DNA from: Bacteroidia bacterium
Lineage (GTDB): Bacteria > Bacteroidota > Bacteroidia > SXHM01
Direction of reading: 5' to 3'
Length of the DNA stretch: 64,000 nucleotides
Assembly (NCBI GenBank): GCA_050186075.1
Contig: JBFWYU010000006.1
Location: 77,291-141,290, forward strand
In this document: in pieces, positions 39,400 to 49,068 of the stretch
Layout of the letters: each line of letters starts with the position of its first letter
Position numbering within the stretch: the stretch's first letter is position 1
Program-made: the position numbers and the translations under genes
The notes under the pieces: generated by a model
The model's input: the letters and a program-made list of their open reading frames with translations, nothing else
Told to the model about the DNA's origin: nothing
The model's database searches: none

Positions 39400-41343
39400 A
39401 TGAAAAAACTCTTCTCGCTCTTCATACTCTTCTTTGCAATCATTATAAATACCACTGCAAAGCCCCAACCTGAAATACACCAACTCTTTGTTCGTTTTAC
39501 CCAAAACCTTTCTGCCGAAGAATTGAATACGCTTGTTCAATCGGTGCAGGGAATAAAACCAACCGATGCAAGAAATCGTTTTCCTTACAAAACCACATTG
39601 CTTGAGTTAGCTGAAAACGCAGACTACAAAGTTGTTTCAGAAGAATTGAATAAACTGGATGTGGTAGCATTTGTTGCACCGCTTTACAACACAGGCAAAA
39701 ATCAATTCATCACCACAGGCGATGAGTTTTTTGTAAAACTTAATCATGCCGGTGAATTGCAGCAACTCAGAGAACTTGCCTTGCAAACCAAAACAAAAAT
39801 CATTGGCGAAAATCAGTTCATCAGCAACGTTTACAAACTCAGAGTTGACAAACATTCGCAGGCAAATCCCTTTGAGCTTTCTAAGTATTTTATGCAAGTT
39901 GGGAATTTTGCTCACGCACAACCCAATTATAATTTCACTCCAACGGTAACAACAGACGACCCTCGCTTTAACCGTCAGTGGAATTTGTATAACGAAGGCA
40001 CACCGCAACAATACAACGGCACACCCGGTGCTGACATGAAAGTAACCGAAGCCTGGCAAATCACCATGGGTTCGTCTGATATTAAAGTCGGCATCCTTGA
40101 TTCAGGTGTTGATACCTTGCACGAAGATTTGATTGGCGATGGTGTTACGGTTAGCAATTTACTCGCAGGGTATGATGCTTGCCAAGACTCTGCACAAAAC
40201 ACAAAAGGCTATCCCACTCCCAATTTTGATAATGACGGACACGGCACTTGCTGCGCAGGAATAGCTTGTGCCATAGCCGACAATGGTTTGGGTATTGCGG
40301 GTATTGCACCCAATTGCAAAATAGTTCCCATCAGAGTGTTTTATTACATCACCGTTGGTGTGGGTGGCGATCCTATTCCCTGGTCAACCAGCGAGTTTTT
40401 TGTAAACGGAATTTCATGGCAGTGGCAGGTAGCTGATGTAGATGTTTCCAGCAACTCCTGGGGAATAACAGATAGTTTTCTTGCACTTTTTCCGGGGCAG
40501 GATTCAATTGTTAATATAGCCATCAACGAAGCAGTGAACAGCGGAAGAAACGGAAAAGGTTTGCCGGTGCTGCATTCCAGCGGTAATGACGGACTAACCG
40601 ATACCATTCCCATCTGGCCTGCCCGCACCGATATTGTTATTTCAGTAAATGCAACCAGCATGTGCGATGAGTGGAAAAGCAATACCTCCTGCGATAACGA
40701 AACATGGTGGGGCGGTAACTGGGGCGATGGTCTGGATGTCTCGGCACCCGGAGTAAAAATTCCTGCAACGGATATGAACGGAACAAATGGTTTCAGCGCC
40801 TCTTCCAATTATTACAACACCTTTAATGGAACTTCGGCTGCCTGTCCCAATGCAGCAGGCGTGATGGCGCTGATGCTTTCCATCCGTCCTGAATTAACGC
40901 AGGCGCAAGCCCGCTCTATTTTAGAATCAACCTGTGATACAGTTGGAGGTTATGATTACAGCACTGCAGGTCCTTCCGGTCCTTGGAGCGAAGAACTTGG
41001 TCATGGAAGAATTAATGCAAAACGTGCAGTAGAGAAAGCCCGTGATTATGTGATTATTCCGCCTTCATTAGAAATTGGTGCCTACGTTTATTACGATGAT
41101 ACAGAGCAGAATTCTTACTTACATTATAATGTTGCCAATGCAGGAAAAGTAGTAATAGAGTGGTTTGATATCAATGGAGCAAAAGCATTGTTGGTTGATG
41201 ATGACAACCATGCAGCCGGACAATTCAATTTGCTTATAGAAAAACCAAATTACGCTGCCGGAATTTTCATTGCACGTTTGCAGATAAATGACAGAGAGCG
41301 GACACTCAAATTCTTTATGTCTGCAAGCAAAACAGAATACTGA
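39400..41343 (+). CDS. secreted S8 subtilisin-like serine peptidase with probable T9SS C-terminal sorting domain
   Basis: Signal peptide. Catalytic triad contexts GILDSGVD (Asp), DGHGTCCAGIA (His), GTSAACPNAAG (Ser). C-terminal ~80 aa beta-rich with ...GIFIARLQINDRERTLKF, resembling type-A CTDs. Confidence 0.75.
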   Translation: MKKLFSLFILFFAIIINTTAKPQPEIHQLFVRFTQNLSAEELNTLVQSVQGIKPTDARNRFPYKTTLLELAENADYKVVSEELNKLDVVAFVAPLYNTGKNQFITTGDEFFVKLNHAGELQQLRELALQTKTKIIGENQFISNVYKLRVDKHSQANPFELSKYFMQVGNFAHAQPNYNFTPTVTTDDPRFNRQWNLYNEGTPQQYNGTPGADMKVTEAWQITMGSSDIKVGILDSGVDTLHEDLIGDGVTVSNLLAGYDACQDSAQNTKGYPTPNFDNDGHGTCCAGIACAIADNGLGIAGIAPNCKIVPIRVFYYITVGVGGDPIPWSTSEFFVNGISWQWQVADVDVSSNSWGITDSFLALFPGQDSIVNIAINEAVNSGRNGKGLPVLHSSGNDGLTDTIPIWPARTDIVISVNATSMCDEWKSNTSCDNETWWGGNWGDGLDVSAPGVKIPATDMNGTNGFSASSNYYNTFNGTSAACPNAAGVMALMLSIRPELTQAQARSILESTCDTVGGYDYSTAGPSGPWSEELGHGRINAKRAVEKARDYVIIPPSLEIGAYVYYDDTEQNSYLHYNVANAGKVVIEWFDINGAKALLVDDDNHAAGQFNLLIEKPNYAAGIFIARLQINDRERTLKFFMSASKTEY

Positions 41344-41344
41344 T

Positions 41345-42316
41345 TTAATGTAACACTATCTTCCTGAGAGTTGTGCCGTGTTCTATTGAATTAATTTTGC
41401 AATAATACAATCCACTACTTAAATTATCCAGTGATAAAGCATAAATTTTGTCTGTGATATTATTAAAACTATTTACCAGCATTCCGGCTGAGTTAAATAA
41501 TTCTATGGAATAGGGTGTGAATTCTGAATGGATGTTAATCTTTGAAATAGCGGGATTTGGGTAGATTTTTACTACAGCATCATTATTTTCCTGAACGGAA
41601 GTTGTAAGTAGTTGAAGCAGTTCTTCAATTTCTTGTTCCATTCTTCCGGCAGGCTCACCTAACCAACCTTCTTTATAAAAAACTGTTCCATCAGGTTTTA
41701 TCAGATAGGCATTGTTTGCCGCAGGGCCAAAATTGTTCCACCAGATGTTACACGGATCATCTATTAAAACAGGAAACAGAATAGTTCTTTTAGTTAACAA
41801 GGTGTCAACCATTTTTTTTCTGTCTTCGTAAGTTTGATGCTGAGGATAAAAAATATTTTCATCACTATTTTGTTGAGGAACAAACACCGTACCTGTGAAA
41901 GGACAAATTTCGGGAGGCTTGGGATGAGCTTCTATTGTATAAACTAAATAGATATTTATGTAATTACCATATTGTAAAACCAGATTGTTCATTAAATCAA
42001 TACTAGCTCTGAATTTGTCGCAGGTATAGCTACCCGATACAATTAACAAGGGTTTATTTTGATTTAATAATGATGAAATTTCAATATTGTCTCCGCTTGG
42101 TGATTGGAGTAAAATATTATTTAATGTGTCGTTGATTTTATAGCCAGAAAAGTTAAATGTATGAGTTGTGTCTATGTAAACATCAAAATCGCAGATACTA
42201 TCGGTTGAAACCGGATTTATAATTTGCTCTAGTCCGGGCTTAAGATAGGATTGTGAATACCCTTCAAAAACAATAAAGAGCAAAATGGCATAAACGGGCA
42301 ATTGTATAATCTTCAT
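41345..42316 (-). CDS. hypothetical secreted protein with T9SS type-A C-terminal sorting domain
   Basis: Signal peptide. C-terminus VKIYPNPAISKINIHSE...LSSGLYYCKINS...LRKIVLH matches the T9SS CTD pattern. N-terminal domain unassigned. Confidence 0.5.
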   Translation of the reverse strand: MKIIQLPVYAILLFIVFEGYSQSYLKPGLEQIINPVSTDSICDFDVYIDTTHTFNFSGYKINDTLNNILLQSPSGDNIEISSLLNQNKPLLIVSGSYTCDKFRASIDLMNNLVLQYGNYINIYLVYTIEAHPKPPEICPFTGTVFVPQQNSDENIFYPQHQTYEDRKKMVDTLLTKRTILFPVLIDDPCNIWWNNFGPAANNAYLIKPDGTVFYKEGWLGEPAGRMEQEIEELLQLLTTSVQENNDAVVKIYPNPAISKINIHSEFTPYSIELFNSAGMLVNSFNNITDKIYALSLDNLSSGLYYCKINSIEHGTTLRKIVLH

Positions 42317-42452
42317 TTAACTTAATCCTGCTTTAATTTACATGGCACTTGTTTGTACAATATTATTATAAGAAAATCCTAACAAGCAATCTATTCTATG
42401 AAATCTATCATTACTCCGACAGGTGGTAAATGTTTTTTAGATTTGTAAAAAA

Positions 42453-42884
42453 ATGAGACTAACAAATCTAATAATCCTAATACTTTGTTTTTGCCTACTT
42501 TTTAATTCTTGTAGCAAGAACAGTAATAACAACAGCAATATTCCTTATGTGCCTGTAAACATTGACATCTATCCCGCCAATCCGCAATACATTAATCTGA
42601 ATGTGGATGGCGGCTGGATATATCTTACCGGAGGTTCGCGCGGAATAATTGTTTACCGCCTGGCACAGGGTGAATATTATGCCTACGACCGTCATTGCAC
42701 CTACCAGCCCCTTGATGCGTGTGGTAAGGTAAAAATGGACACCGATAACATTACCCTGGTTGATACCTGCTGCGGTTCAAAATTTATTGTAGTGGATGGT
42801 TCAGTAATTAATGGTCCCGCAGGATTGCCGTTACAACGCTACCAGACTTATTATGACGGAACAACACTGCACATTACTAATTAG
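42453..42884 (+). CDS. small Cys-rich lipoprotein (first gene of a 5-gene operon)
   Basis: Lipoprotein signal LILCFCLLFNSCS. Cys/His cluster DRHCTYQPLDACGK ... DTCCGSKF, which loosely resembles Rieske box spacing but lacks the His ligands. Confidence 0.45.
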   Translation: MRLTNLIILILCFCLLFNSCSKNSNNNSNIPYVPVNIDIYPANPQYINLNVDGGWIYLTGGSRGIIVYRLAQGEYYAYDRHCTYQPLDACGKVKMDTDNITLVDTCCGSKFIVVDGSVINGPAGLPLQRYQTYYDGTTLHITN

Positions 42885-42885
42885 A

Positions 42886-43518
42886 ATGAGAGTTTTTGCA
42901 CTTTTATTAATTCCGGCTGCGCTGATTTTATTTTCCTGCGGAACTAAACAATCCAACGGAACAGGGCATTATGCCAATGCACTTGCAGCTATTGACAGCA
43001 GTAACTATTCTGTTGCATTGCAGCAATTAAATGAAGCTATTGAAACAAAAGAGAACGACACTACGCTTGCTTATTTGTTTTTCCTGCGCGGACAGATGCA
43101 TGAAAAAACAGGCAGTTTGGATTTGGCTGTGGTAGATTATGCAGAAGCAGCAAAACAAAATCCTTCTGATGTTACTGCGCACCTGAAAGCAGGTAATGTT
43201 TTTAATCTTTTAGGAAAATACGATGATGCGCTTAACAGCTACAACAGCGCACTGACAATTAATGCTGATAATATTGATGCATTACTTAAACGCGCAGATA
43301 TTTTAACTGCAACAGACAAAGACTCTCTTGCCTTTGCCGACTTTGAGAAAGTGATTTCATTGGAGCCTGAAAATGATTATGCTATTATGAGTCGTGCATT
43401 GATTTATCAGCGGTTTAATCAACAGGATAAATGTTGTGCAGATCTTGAAAAAGCTGCATCGCTTGGTAATGAAACTGCAGCAGAATTTTTACACAGCATG
43501 TGCGGAAAACAAAAGTAG
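42886..43518 (+). CDS. TPR-repeat lipoprotein
   Basis: Lipoprotein signal MRVFALLLIPAALILFSCG. Three to four TPR-like repeats (AYLFFLRGQMHEKTGSLDLAVVDYAEAAKQNP ...). Starts 2 nt after the previous stop. Confidence 0.6.
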   Translation: MRVFALLLIPAALILFSCGTKQSNGTGHYANALAAIDSSNYSVALQQLNEAIETKENDTTLAYLFFLRGQMHEKTGSLDLAVVDYAEAAKQNPSDVTAHLKAGNVFNLLGKYDDALNSYNSALTINADNIDALLKRADILTATDKDSLAFADFEKVISLEPENDYAIMSRALIYQRFNQQDKCCADLEKAASLGNETAAEFLHSMCGKQK

Positions 43519-43521
43519 AGA

Positions 43522-44628
43522 ATGGGAAATAGTTTCAATAATGCACTTGATAATGCTATAACCGTTTGCTGGCGGTTGCTTGAGCTTCCTTTATTTGTAT
43601 TGCTTTCGGTGCTGATGTTGGTTTTTCTTGCGCTTTGGCTTGTTATCAAAAAGCGGTATGAGAAGAGGGGTAAAAACACTAAAACAGCAATCGTAATTCT
43701 TCTGATTGCATTTTTTATTCTTTCTGCTGCGCTCATTGCTGATGTAAAAATAGTTTCCACACTGAATGAAGTGCGCGAACTCCGTTCGCAAATGCTGCTA
43801 CAACAAAATGATAAAGTTGCTGCAACTGCAACGTCAGACTTAAAGAGTAATTACAATATTGACAACCTGAATACTGTTTTGCAGAAAAAGTTTGGTGCGA
43901 TTGAAATCGTTTCAAAACCTGAACACAGTTCAGTTGACTTTATGGTTTTAAAAATCAAAGAACCGCTGACGCATGTCTATATTTCGGTAGTTGATTTAAC
44001 GGATAAAAATCTGGAAGTGGTAATTACTCCCGAGCTTACCGAAAAATGGCTGACCAGTGCATTTGCAAAACAAAACAATTGTGTGGTTGCTGTAAATGGT
44101 GAGGCAGGAATGAACCCGCGTCAGGGTTGTGGCTTTGGCGAGTGGATTGGCAACTGGATAGTGAAAGGAAAAACGATTTTGTTAATGGATAATGACAAGC
44201 GCCCTTTTCTTTCATTTGATAAAAACAATCATGCAAAATATTTCCGTGAGGAATTAGTGGATAAAACCCTTACGGATGAAAAGTATAACACCATCTGGGG
44301 CAGATTTGATATTATTCTTCAAGGCGAAAATCTTGAACGTGAGCCTGGCTGGCAGCAACCTCGCACCATTATGGGAATTGATAAAGCAGGAGGGAAACTT
44401 TTTCTGATGGTGGTAGATGGCCGCCAACCTGCTTACAGCATGGGAATGGGGCTGAAAGAAGCTGCAGATATTTTGCTGGCATTAGGTTGCTACGAGGCTA
44501 TGTCCTGTGACCAGGGAGGCTCTGCCTGTATGTATCTGAAAAGCACGGGAGGCATCGTTTCCCGCCCGAGTGATGATGGCAGAGAACGTTTTACCTACAA
44601 TCATTTCGGGATAAAATTTAACGAATGA
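43522..44628 (+). CDS. membrane-anchored phosphodiester glycosidase family (NAGPA / DUF2233-like) protein
   Basis: N-terminal TM anchor. C-terminal LGCYEAMSCDQGGSACMYL resembles the NAGPA-domain LDGGGS motif. 4-nt overlap with the next gene. Confidence 0.5.
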   Translation: MGNSFNNALDNAITVCWRLLELPLFVLLSVLMLVFLALWLVIKKRYEKRGKNTKTAIVILLIAFFILSAALIADVKIVSTLNEVRELRSQMLLQQNDKVAATATSDLKSNYNIDNLNTVLQKKFGAIEIVSKPEHSSVDFMVLKIKEPLTHVYISVVDLTDKNLEVVITPELTEKWLTSAFAKQNNCVVAVNGEAGMNPRQGCGFGEWIGNWIVKGKTILLMDNDKRPFLSFDKNNHAKYFREELVDKTLTDEKYNTIWGRFDIILQGENLEREPGWQQPRTIMGIDKAGGKLFLMVVDGRQPAYSMGMGLKEAADILLALGCYEAMSCDQGGSACMYLKSTGGIVSRPSDDGRERFTYNHFGIKFNE

Positions 44629-45893
44629 AAAACAGGCTTTTCTCGTTTTCATTGCTGATTGTTGTTATAATTCTTTCTTCTTGTTCTGAAAATAAATCCG
44701 GGATTTCTGCTTTTTATCTTGAGACAGACATATCAAAGCTAAATACCGAGAAAAAAATTCCCTGCACGGTGTCTTACAGCGATTCAGAAGGCGAACGAGT
44801 ATTTGATAAGATGCAGGCCGGCATTATGTATAAAGGAAATCAAAGCCTGGCTTTTGAAAAGAAATCATTTTCCATTGAGCTGAGTGAGAAGGTGAAAATA
44901 GAAGGGATGGATGCTGATGATGACTGGAAACTGAATGCATCCTACATTGACAAAACATTTCTGCGCAACAAAATCAGCTACAATCTTTACCGGCTTTTCA
45001 GCGAAAATAATATTGCACCAAACGTTTCGTGGGTTGAGGTTTTTCTTAATAATACTTATCATGGTTTGTATATTGTAACGGACAGAATGGATGCTAAGCG
45101 ACTTGGACTTGATGATAAAGATACCGCTGCAGTGCTCTTTAAAGCAGCACCTATCAGCCAGTTGCCATCGGCTCTTGACTCGGTTCAGCGCGGTTATGCT
45201 GATTATGTGATGACTGCCGAACGCTGGAGTTCATGGTCGGAAGAGGGTAAGAAAGAATTTGCAGCTGATATTTATTTCAATCAGCGCTATCCTGAGTTTG
45301 CAAAAAAGAACAAGCACTTCGTTATTTACCAACTGACAGCGTTTTTGCATAACACTACAACAGAAGAATTCACAGCAAAGAGAGGTGGAGTTGATTCTGT
45401 TTTTGATATTGAAAATATCATTGACTTTCATTTGCTGTTGCTGATTACCAATAACGGAGATGGTGTGGTGAATAACAATTATCTTTATCGTCAGAATTCA
45501 AACACGCCTTACAGAATTTGTCCGTATGATTTTGACCACAGTTTCGGGCGCGATGGTGACGGAGAGCCCAACCCCGCTGATTTTATTGACTTAAGAAGGA
45601 ATATACTGATAACCAGACTGATTGAAACCAATGCCTTTAATTACAAAGAACGCCTTAAAGAGAAGTATTTGCGATTGAAAGATCGAAATATTCTGACGGT
45701 TGAAAACATTACTGCAATGATTGATGAACATGCCGCACGGATAAAACCGTTTGCACTGAAAGATGAAAGAAAATGGAAGCCGGAAGCACATAAGTATTTT
45801 CAAAATACTGATTATGACAAAGAGATTGAGTTAATGAAGGTTTGGCTAAAACAGCATTTACCCAAAGTGGAAAAATACATAAACGAGTTATGA
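44625..45893 (+). CDS. CotH-kinase-family lipoprotein
   Basis: Lipoprotein signal LLIVVIILSSCS. CotH core pattern IDFHLLLLITNNGDGVVNNNYLYRQN...YRICPYDFDHSFG (compare CotH NYYLY...PWDxDxSFG). Confidence 0.6.
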   Translation: MKNRLFSFSLLIVVIILSSCSENKSGISAFYLETDISKLNTEKKIPCTVSYSDSEGERVFDKMQAGIMYKGNQSLAFEKKSFSIELSEKVKIEGMDADDDWKLNASYIDKTFLRNKISYNLYRLFSENNIAPNVSWVEVFLNNTYHGLYIVTDRMDAKRLGLDDKDTAAVLFKAAPISQLPSALDSVQRGYADYVMTAERWSSWSEEGKKEFAADIYFNQRYPEFAKKNKHFVIYQLTAFLHNTTTEEFTAKRGGVDSVFDIENIIDFHLLLLITNNGDGVVNNNYLYRQNSNTPYRICPYDFDHSFGRDGDGEPNPADFIDLRRNILITRLIETNAFNYKERLKEKYLRLKDRNILTVENITAMIDEHAARIKPFALKDERKWKPEAHKYFQNTDYDKEIELMKVWLKQHLPKVEKYINEL

Positions 45894-46855
45894 TTGTAGT
45901 TACAGGAGCAGCAGGTTTCATTGGTAGTTGTTTGATTGAAAAACTCAACAGCGAACAATACTATGATGTAGTTGCAGTTGATGATTTTTCTGATGAACAA
46001 AAGAATAAAAATCTGGATGGAAAGAGAATTTCTGCCCGCGTTGAGCGCAAGGTGTTTGCTGACTGGCTCAGAGAAAATCAACGCTTTGTTCAGTTTGTGT
46101 TTCACCTGGGCGCGCGCACCGATACTACCGAATTTGATAAAACTGTTTTTGATGAACTTAATCTCAATTACTCAAAGGATGTTTGGAATATCTGCGTTGA
46201 GTTTGGTTTGCCACTCGTGTATGCTTCCTCTGCGGCAACCTATGGTTTAGGTGAACTGGGCTTTGCGGATAGCGAAGAAATCATTCCCAATCTAAAACCG
46301 CTAAACCCTTATGGCGATTCTAAAAATGATTTTGATAAATGGGTGCTGATACAAAGACGAAAACCATTTTTTTGGGCTGGGCTTAAGTTTTTTAATGTTT
46401 ATGGTCCTAATGAATATCATAAAGGCCGCATGGCTTCAGTGATTTTTCACACGTTTAATTCGGTGAAGAATACGGGCAAGATGAAATTGTTTCGTTCGCA
46501 CAATGCCGTCTATAAAGACGGAGAACAACTGCGCGACTTTATTTATGTGAAAGATGTGTGCGATGTATGTTTTTATTTAATGCTTAACCGCAAGCACAGC
46601 GGCATTTATAATCTGGGCACTGGAAAAGCACGAAGTTTTCTTGCGCTGGTACAAAATGTTTTCAAGACAATGGGTGTTGATGAAAGTATTGAATTTATTG
46701 ATACTCCCGAAGATATACGCGACAAGTATCAGTATTTTACCGAGGCCAAAATGCAGAAGCTGCGTTCCATAGGCTACAGGAATGAATTTACATCACTGGA
46801 AGATGGTATTGCGGATTATGTGAAAAATTACCTTGCTGTTCAGAAATATTTATGA
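45890..46855 (+). CDS. hldD: ADP-L-glycero-D-manno-heptose 6-epimerase
   Basis: Rossmann motif MIVVTGAAGFIGS. LVYASSAATYG, FFNVYGPNEYHKGRMASV, IYNLGTGKARSF and RDKYQYFTEAKMQKLRSIGY closely parallel E. coli HldD/RfaD. ATGA overlap with the CotH gene. Confidence 0.85.
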   Translation: MIVVTGAAGFIGSCLIEKLNSEQYYDVVAVDDFSDEQKNKNLDGKRISARVERKVFADWLRENQRFVQFVFHLGARTDTTEFDKTVFDELNLNYSKDVWNICVEFGLPLVYASSAATYGLGELGFADSEEIIPNLKPLNPYGDSKNDFDKWVLIQRRKPFFWAGLKFFNVYGPNEYHKGRMASVIFHTFNSVKNTGKMKLFRSHNAVYKDGEQLRDFIYVKDVCDVCFYLMLNRKHSGIYNLGTGKARSFLALVQNVFKTMGVDESIEFIDTPEDIRDKYQYFTEAKMQKLRSIGYRNEFTSLEDGIADYVKNYLAVQKYL

Positions 46856-46879
46856 CCTTTACTTTTATTGTCTTAACAC

Positions 46880-48586
46880 TTGAATAATTCTTCACGCATA
46901 TATGCCATTGTAGCGGTTGTAATGTCGCTGCTCTTCATTATCTGGAGTGTTACGTTAATACGTTCTGTTAAAGTCCAGCGCGATGATGTTTCAAATCATG
47001 TGGCAGCTATTACACAAATCGGTGCGATAAATCATGCTATTCTTGAGTTGCAGACTATTTACCTTGAAGATAAATACCACACCAACAGTAACTGGGTTTC
47101 GGGATTGGAGACGTATACCAAAACTGTAAATAATTTCAGGGAAAGGAACACTACTTCGCCCGAGATGGCTGATTATATCTACGCACTGGACTCCATTGTG
47201 CGCAGAGCGGTGATTATTCACACATCGATATACAGTGGCGAAACAAAATCCGAGGCAGAACTGAACCAGCTTGAGACTGAGTTTAAGAGCGAGCTGAATG
47301 AAGCGCTGGAACTGAACGAGACTACTACCACCAAAATAAGGCTGAAGCTGGCAAAGTTTTCGGATCAGCTTGCGTGGAAATGGACCTGGCTGAATGTGCT
47401 CGTTATGTTTTCGTGTATTCTGGCCATTGTGCTATCGGTTGTAAGTATTCTGAACAGCATCAATTACCAGAAGCGGAAAAAGGCAATGATAGCCCTGCGG
47501 GCCGAGAAAGATAAAGCACAGAGTTATCTGGATATGGCAGGTTCTATTCTTGTGGTGATTGACCGTAATCAGCGCATAAGTATGCTGAATAAAAAAGGCT
47601 TGGAAATCATAGGGCTTACACACGAAGAGGAAGTTATAGGCCGAAATGCATTTGATTATTTTGCTTCAAAAAGTGAACGCGAATTGCTGAGAGAGGGTTT
47701 TGATAAAGTAATAAAGGGTGAAGCGCAGCTGGTTGAGTATTATGAACGCAGAGTGGTTTCTAAAAGCGGTGAAGAGCGCATAGTGGGCTGGCACAACAGT
47801 TTGCTCGAAGATATGAGCGGAAAGATTATTGGCGTATTGAGTTCGGGTGATGATGTGACGGAGAAAAAATTCCGTGAGAAAGCACTAAAAGATACGGTAA
47901 TAAAATTAGAGAAATCGAACGAGCAACTGGAAGGCTTTGCCTATATGGCAACCCACGATTTGCGCGCACCTGTTGCCAACCTGATGGCGCTACTTAATCT
48001 TTACAATAAAGAACAGCCGGAAGACGAAGAAAATAAATTTATCTTCCAGAAGTTTGAAGAAAGTGTAAAAATACTGAACAACACACTGAGTGATCTGATT
48101 GATATTGTAGCGGTGAATAAAAATAAGTTTGATGAAAAAGTGGACATCAACATTGAAGAAACGCTGAAAAATGTGATGGAAAGTGTGAAGGAAGACATCA
48201 ATAAATCAGGTATTGAGGTAAAATTTGATTTCAGTAAATGCAATGAAGTAAGTTATCCTGCCTCACAGTTTCGCAGCATACTGATTAATATGCTTACCAA
48301 TGCTATCAAGTACCGTTCGCCTGATAAAAAAGCTAAAGTGGAAATTACATCCACGATAGAAAATGGTTTTGTGCGTCTGGATTTTGCTGACAACGGATTA
48401 GGAATAGACCTGAAGAAATACGGCAGCAAGCTGTTTCAGATGAACAAGCGCTTTCATGTTGGAACTGAAGGCAAGGGTATCGGACTTTTTATTATTAAGT
48501 CTCAGGTAGAGGCAATGGGGGGAAAAGTTGGAATTGTAAGTGAGCCGGGAACAGGCACAACCTTCAGTGTTTTTATAAAACATTGA
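46880..48586 (+). CDS. PAS-domain sensor histidine kinase
   Basis: Two N-terminal TM segments flanking a periplasmic/coiled-coil region, then a PAS domain. H-box MATHDLRAPVANL. HATPase_c G-boxes FADNGLGID and GKGIGLFIIKSQVEAMGG. Confidence 0.8.
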   Translation: MNNSSRIYAIVAVVMSLLFIIWSVTLIRSVKVQRDDVSNHVAAITQIGAINHAILELQTIYLEDKYHTNSNWVSGLETYTKTVNNFRERNTTSPEMADYIYALDSIVRRAVIIHTSIYSGETKSEAELNQLETEFKSELNEALELNETTTTKIRLKLAKFSDQLAWKWTWLNVLVMFSCILAIVLSVVSILNSINYQKRKKAMIALRAEKDKAQSYLDMAGSILVVIDRNQRISMLNKKGLEIIGLTHEEEVIGRNAFDYFASKSERELLREGFDKVIKGEAQLVEYYERRVVSKSGEERIVGWHNSLLEDMSGKIIGVLSSGDDVTEKKFREKALKDTVIKLEKSNEQLEGFAYMATHDLRAPVANLMALLNLYNKEQPEDEENKFIFQKFEESVKILNNTLSDLIDIVAVNKNKFDEKVDINIEETLKNVMESVKEDINKSGIEVKFDFSKCNEVSYPASQFRSILINMLTNAIKYRSPDKKAKVEITSTIENGFVRLDFADNGLGIDLKKYGSKLFQMNKRFHVGTEGKGIGLFIIKSQVEAMGGKVGIVSEPGTGTTFSVFIKH

Positions 48587-48613
48587 AAAATTGTATAGTT
48601 TAGCCTCTGCGAA

Positions 48614-49027
48614 ATGAAAAAAATAAAACACATAATGCTGGTAGATGATGACGATACTACTATTTATGTTACCCGCAGATTTATTGAAAAAGCAGGCATT
48701 GCCGAAAAGGTAACCAGCAAAAAAAGCGGGCAGGAGGCATTGGCCTATTTCTCGGATTTTGAAAAGTACAAGAGCGACCCCGAGAATGAGATTGATCTTA
48801 TCTTCTTAGACATCAACATGCCAGTGATGGATGGTTTTGAGTTTCTGGAAGAGTTTGAAAAGCTAACATTTGAACCGGCACTGAAGAAAGTAAAAATCAT
48901 TATGCTCACTTCATCTGTGTTTCATATCGATAGGTTTAAGTCGCAGAGCTTTCCCAACGTAATCAGCTATATCAGCAAGCCTGTTTCTATTGACAGTTTG
49001 AAGGATATAGTTGAGCGGTATTTCTGA
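48614..49027 (+). CDS. single-domain response regulator (CheY-like receiver)
   Basis: IMLVDDDD (acidic pocket), phospho-acceptor context IFLDINMPVMDG, and conserved Lys region SKP. 137 aa with no output domain. Confidence 0.8.
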   Translation: MKKIKHIMLVDDDDTTIYVTRRFIEKAGIAEKVTSKKSGQEALAYFSDFEKYKSDPENEIDLIFLDINMPVMDGFEFLEEFEKLTFEPALKKVKIIMLTSSVFHIDRFKSQSFPNVISYISKPVSIDSLKDIVERYF

Positions 49028-49068
49028 TTGATTTCGTTTTATTGCAGGCAAGGGACAAAATCTTTTGC

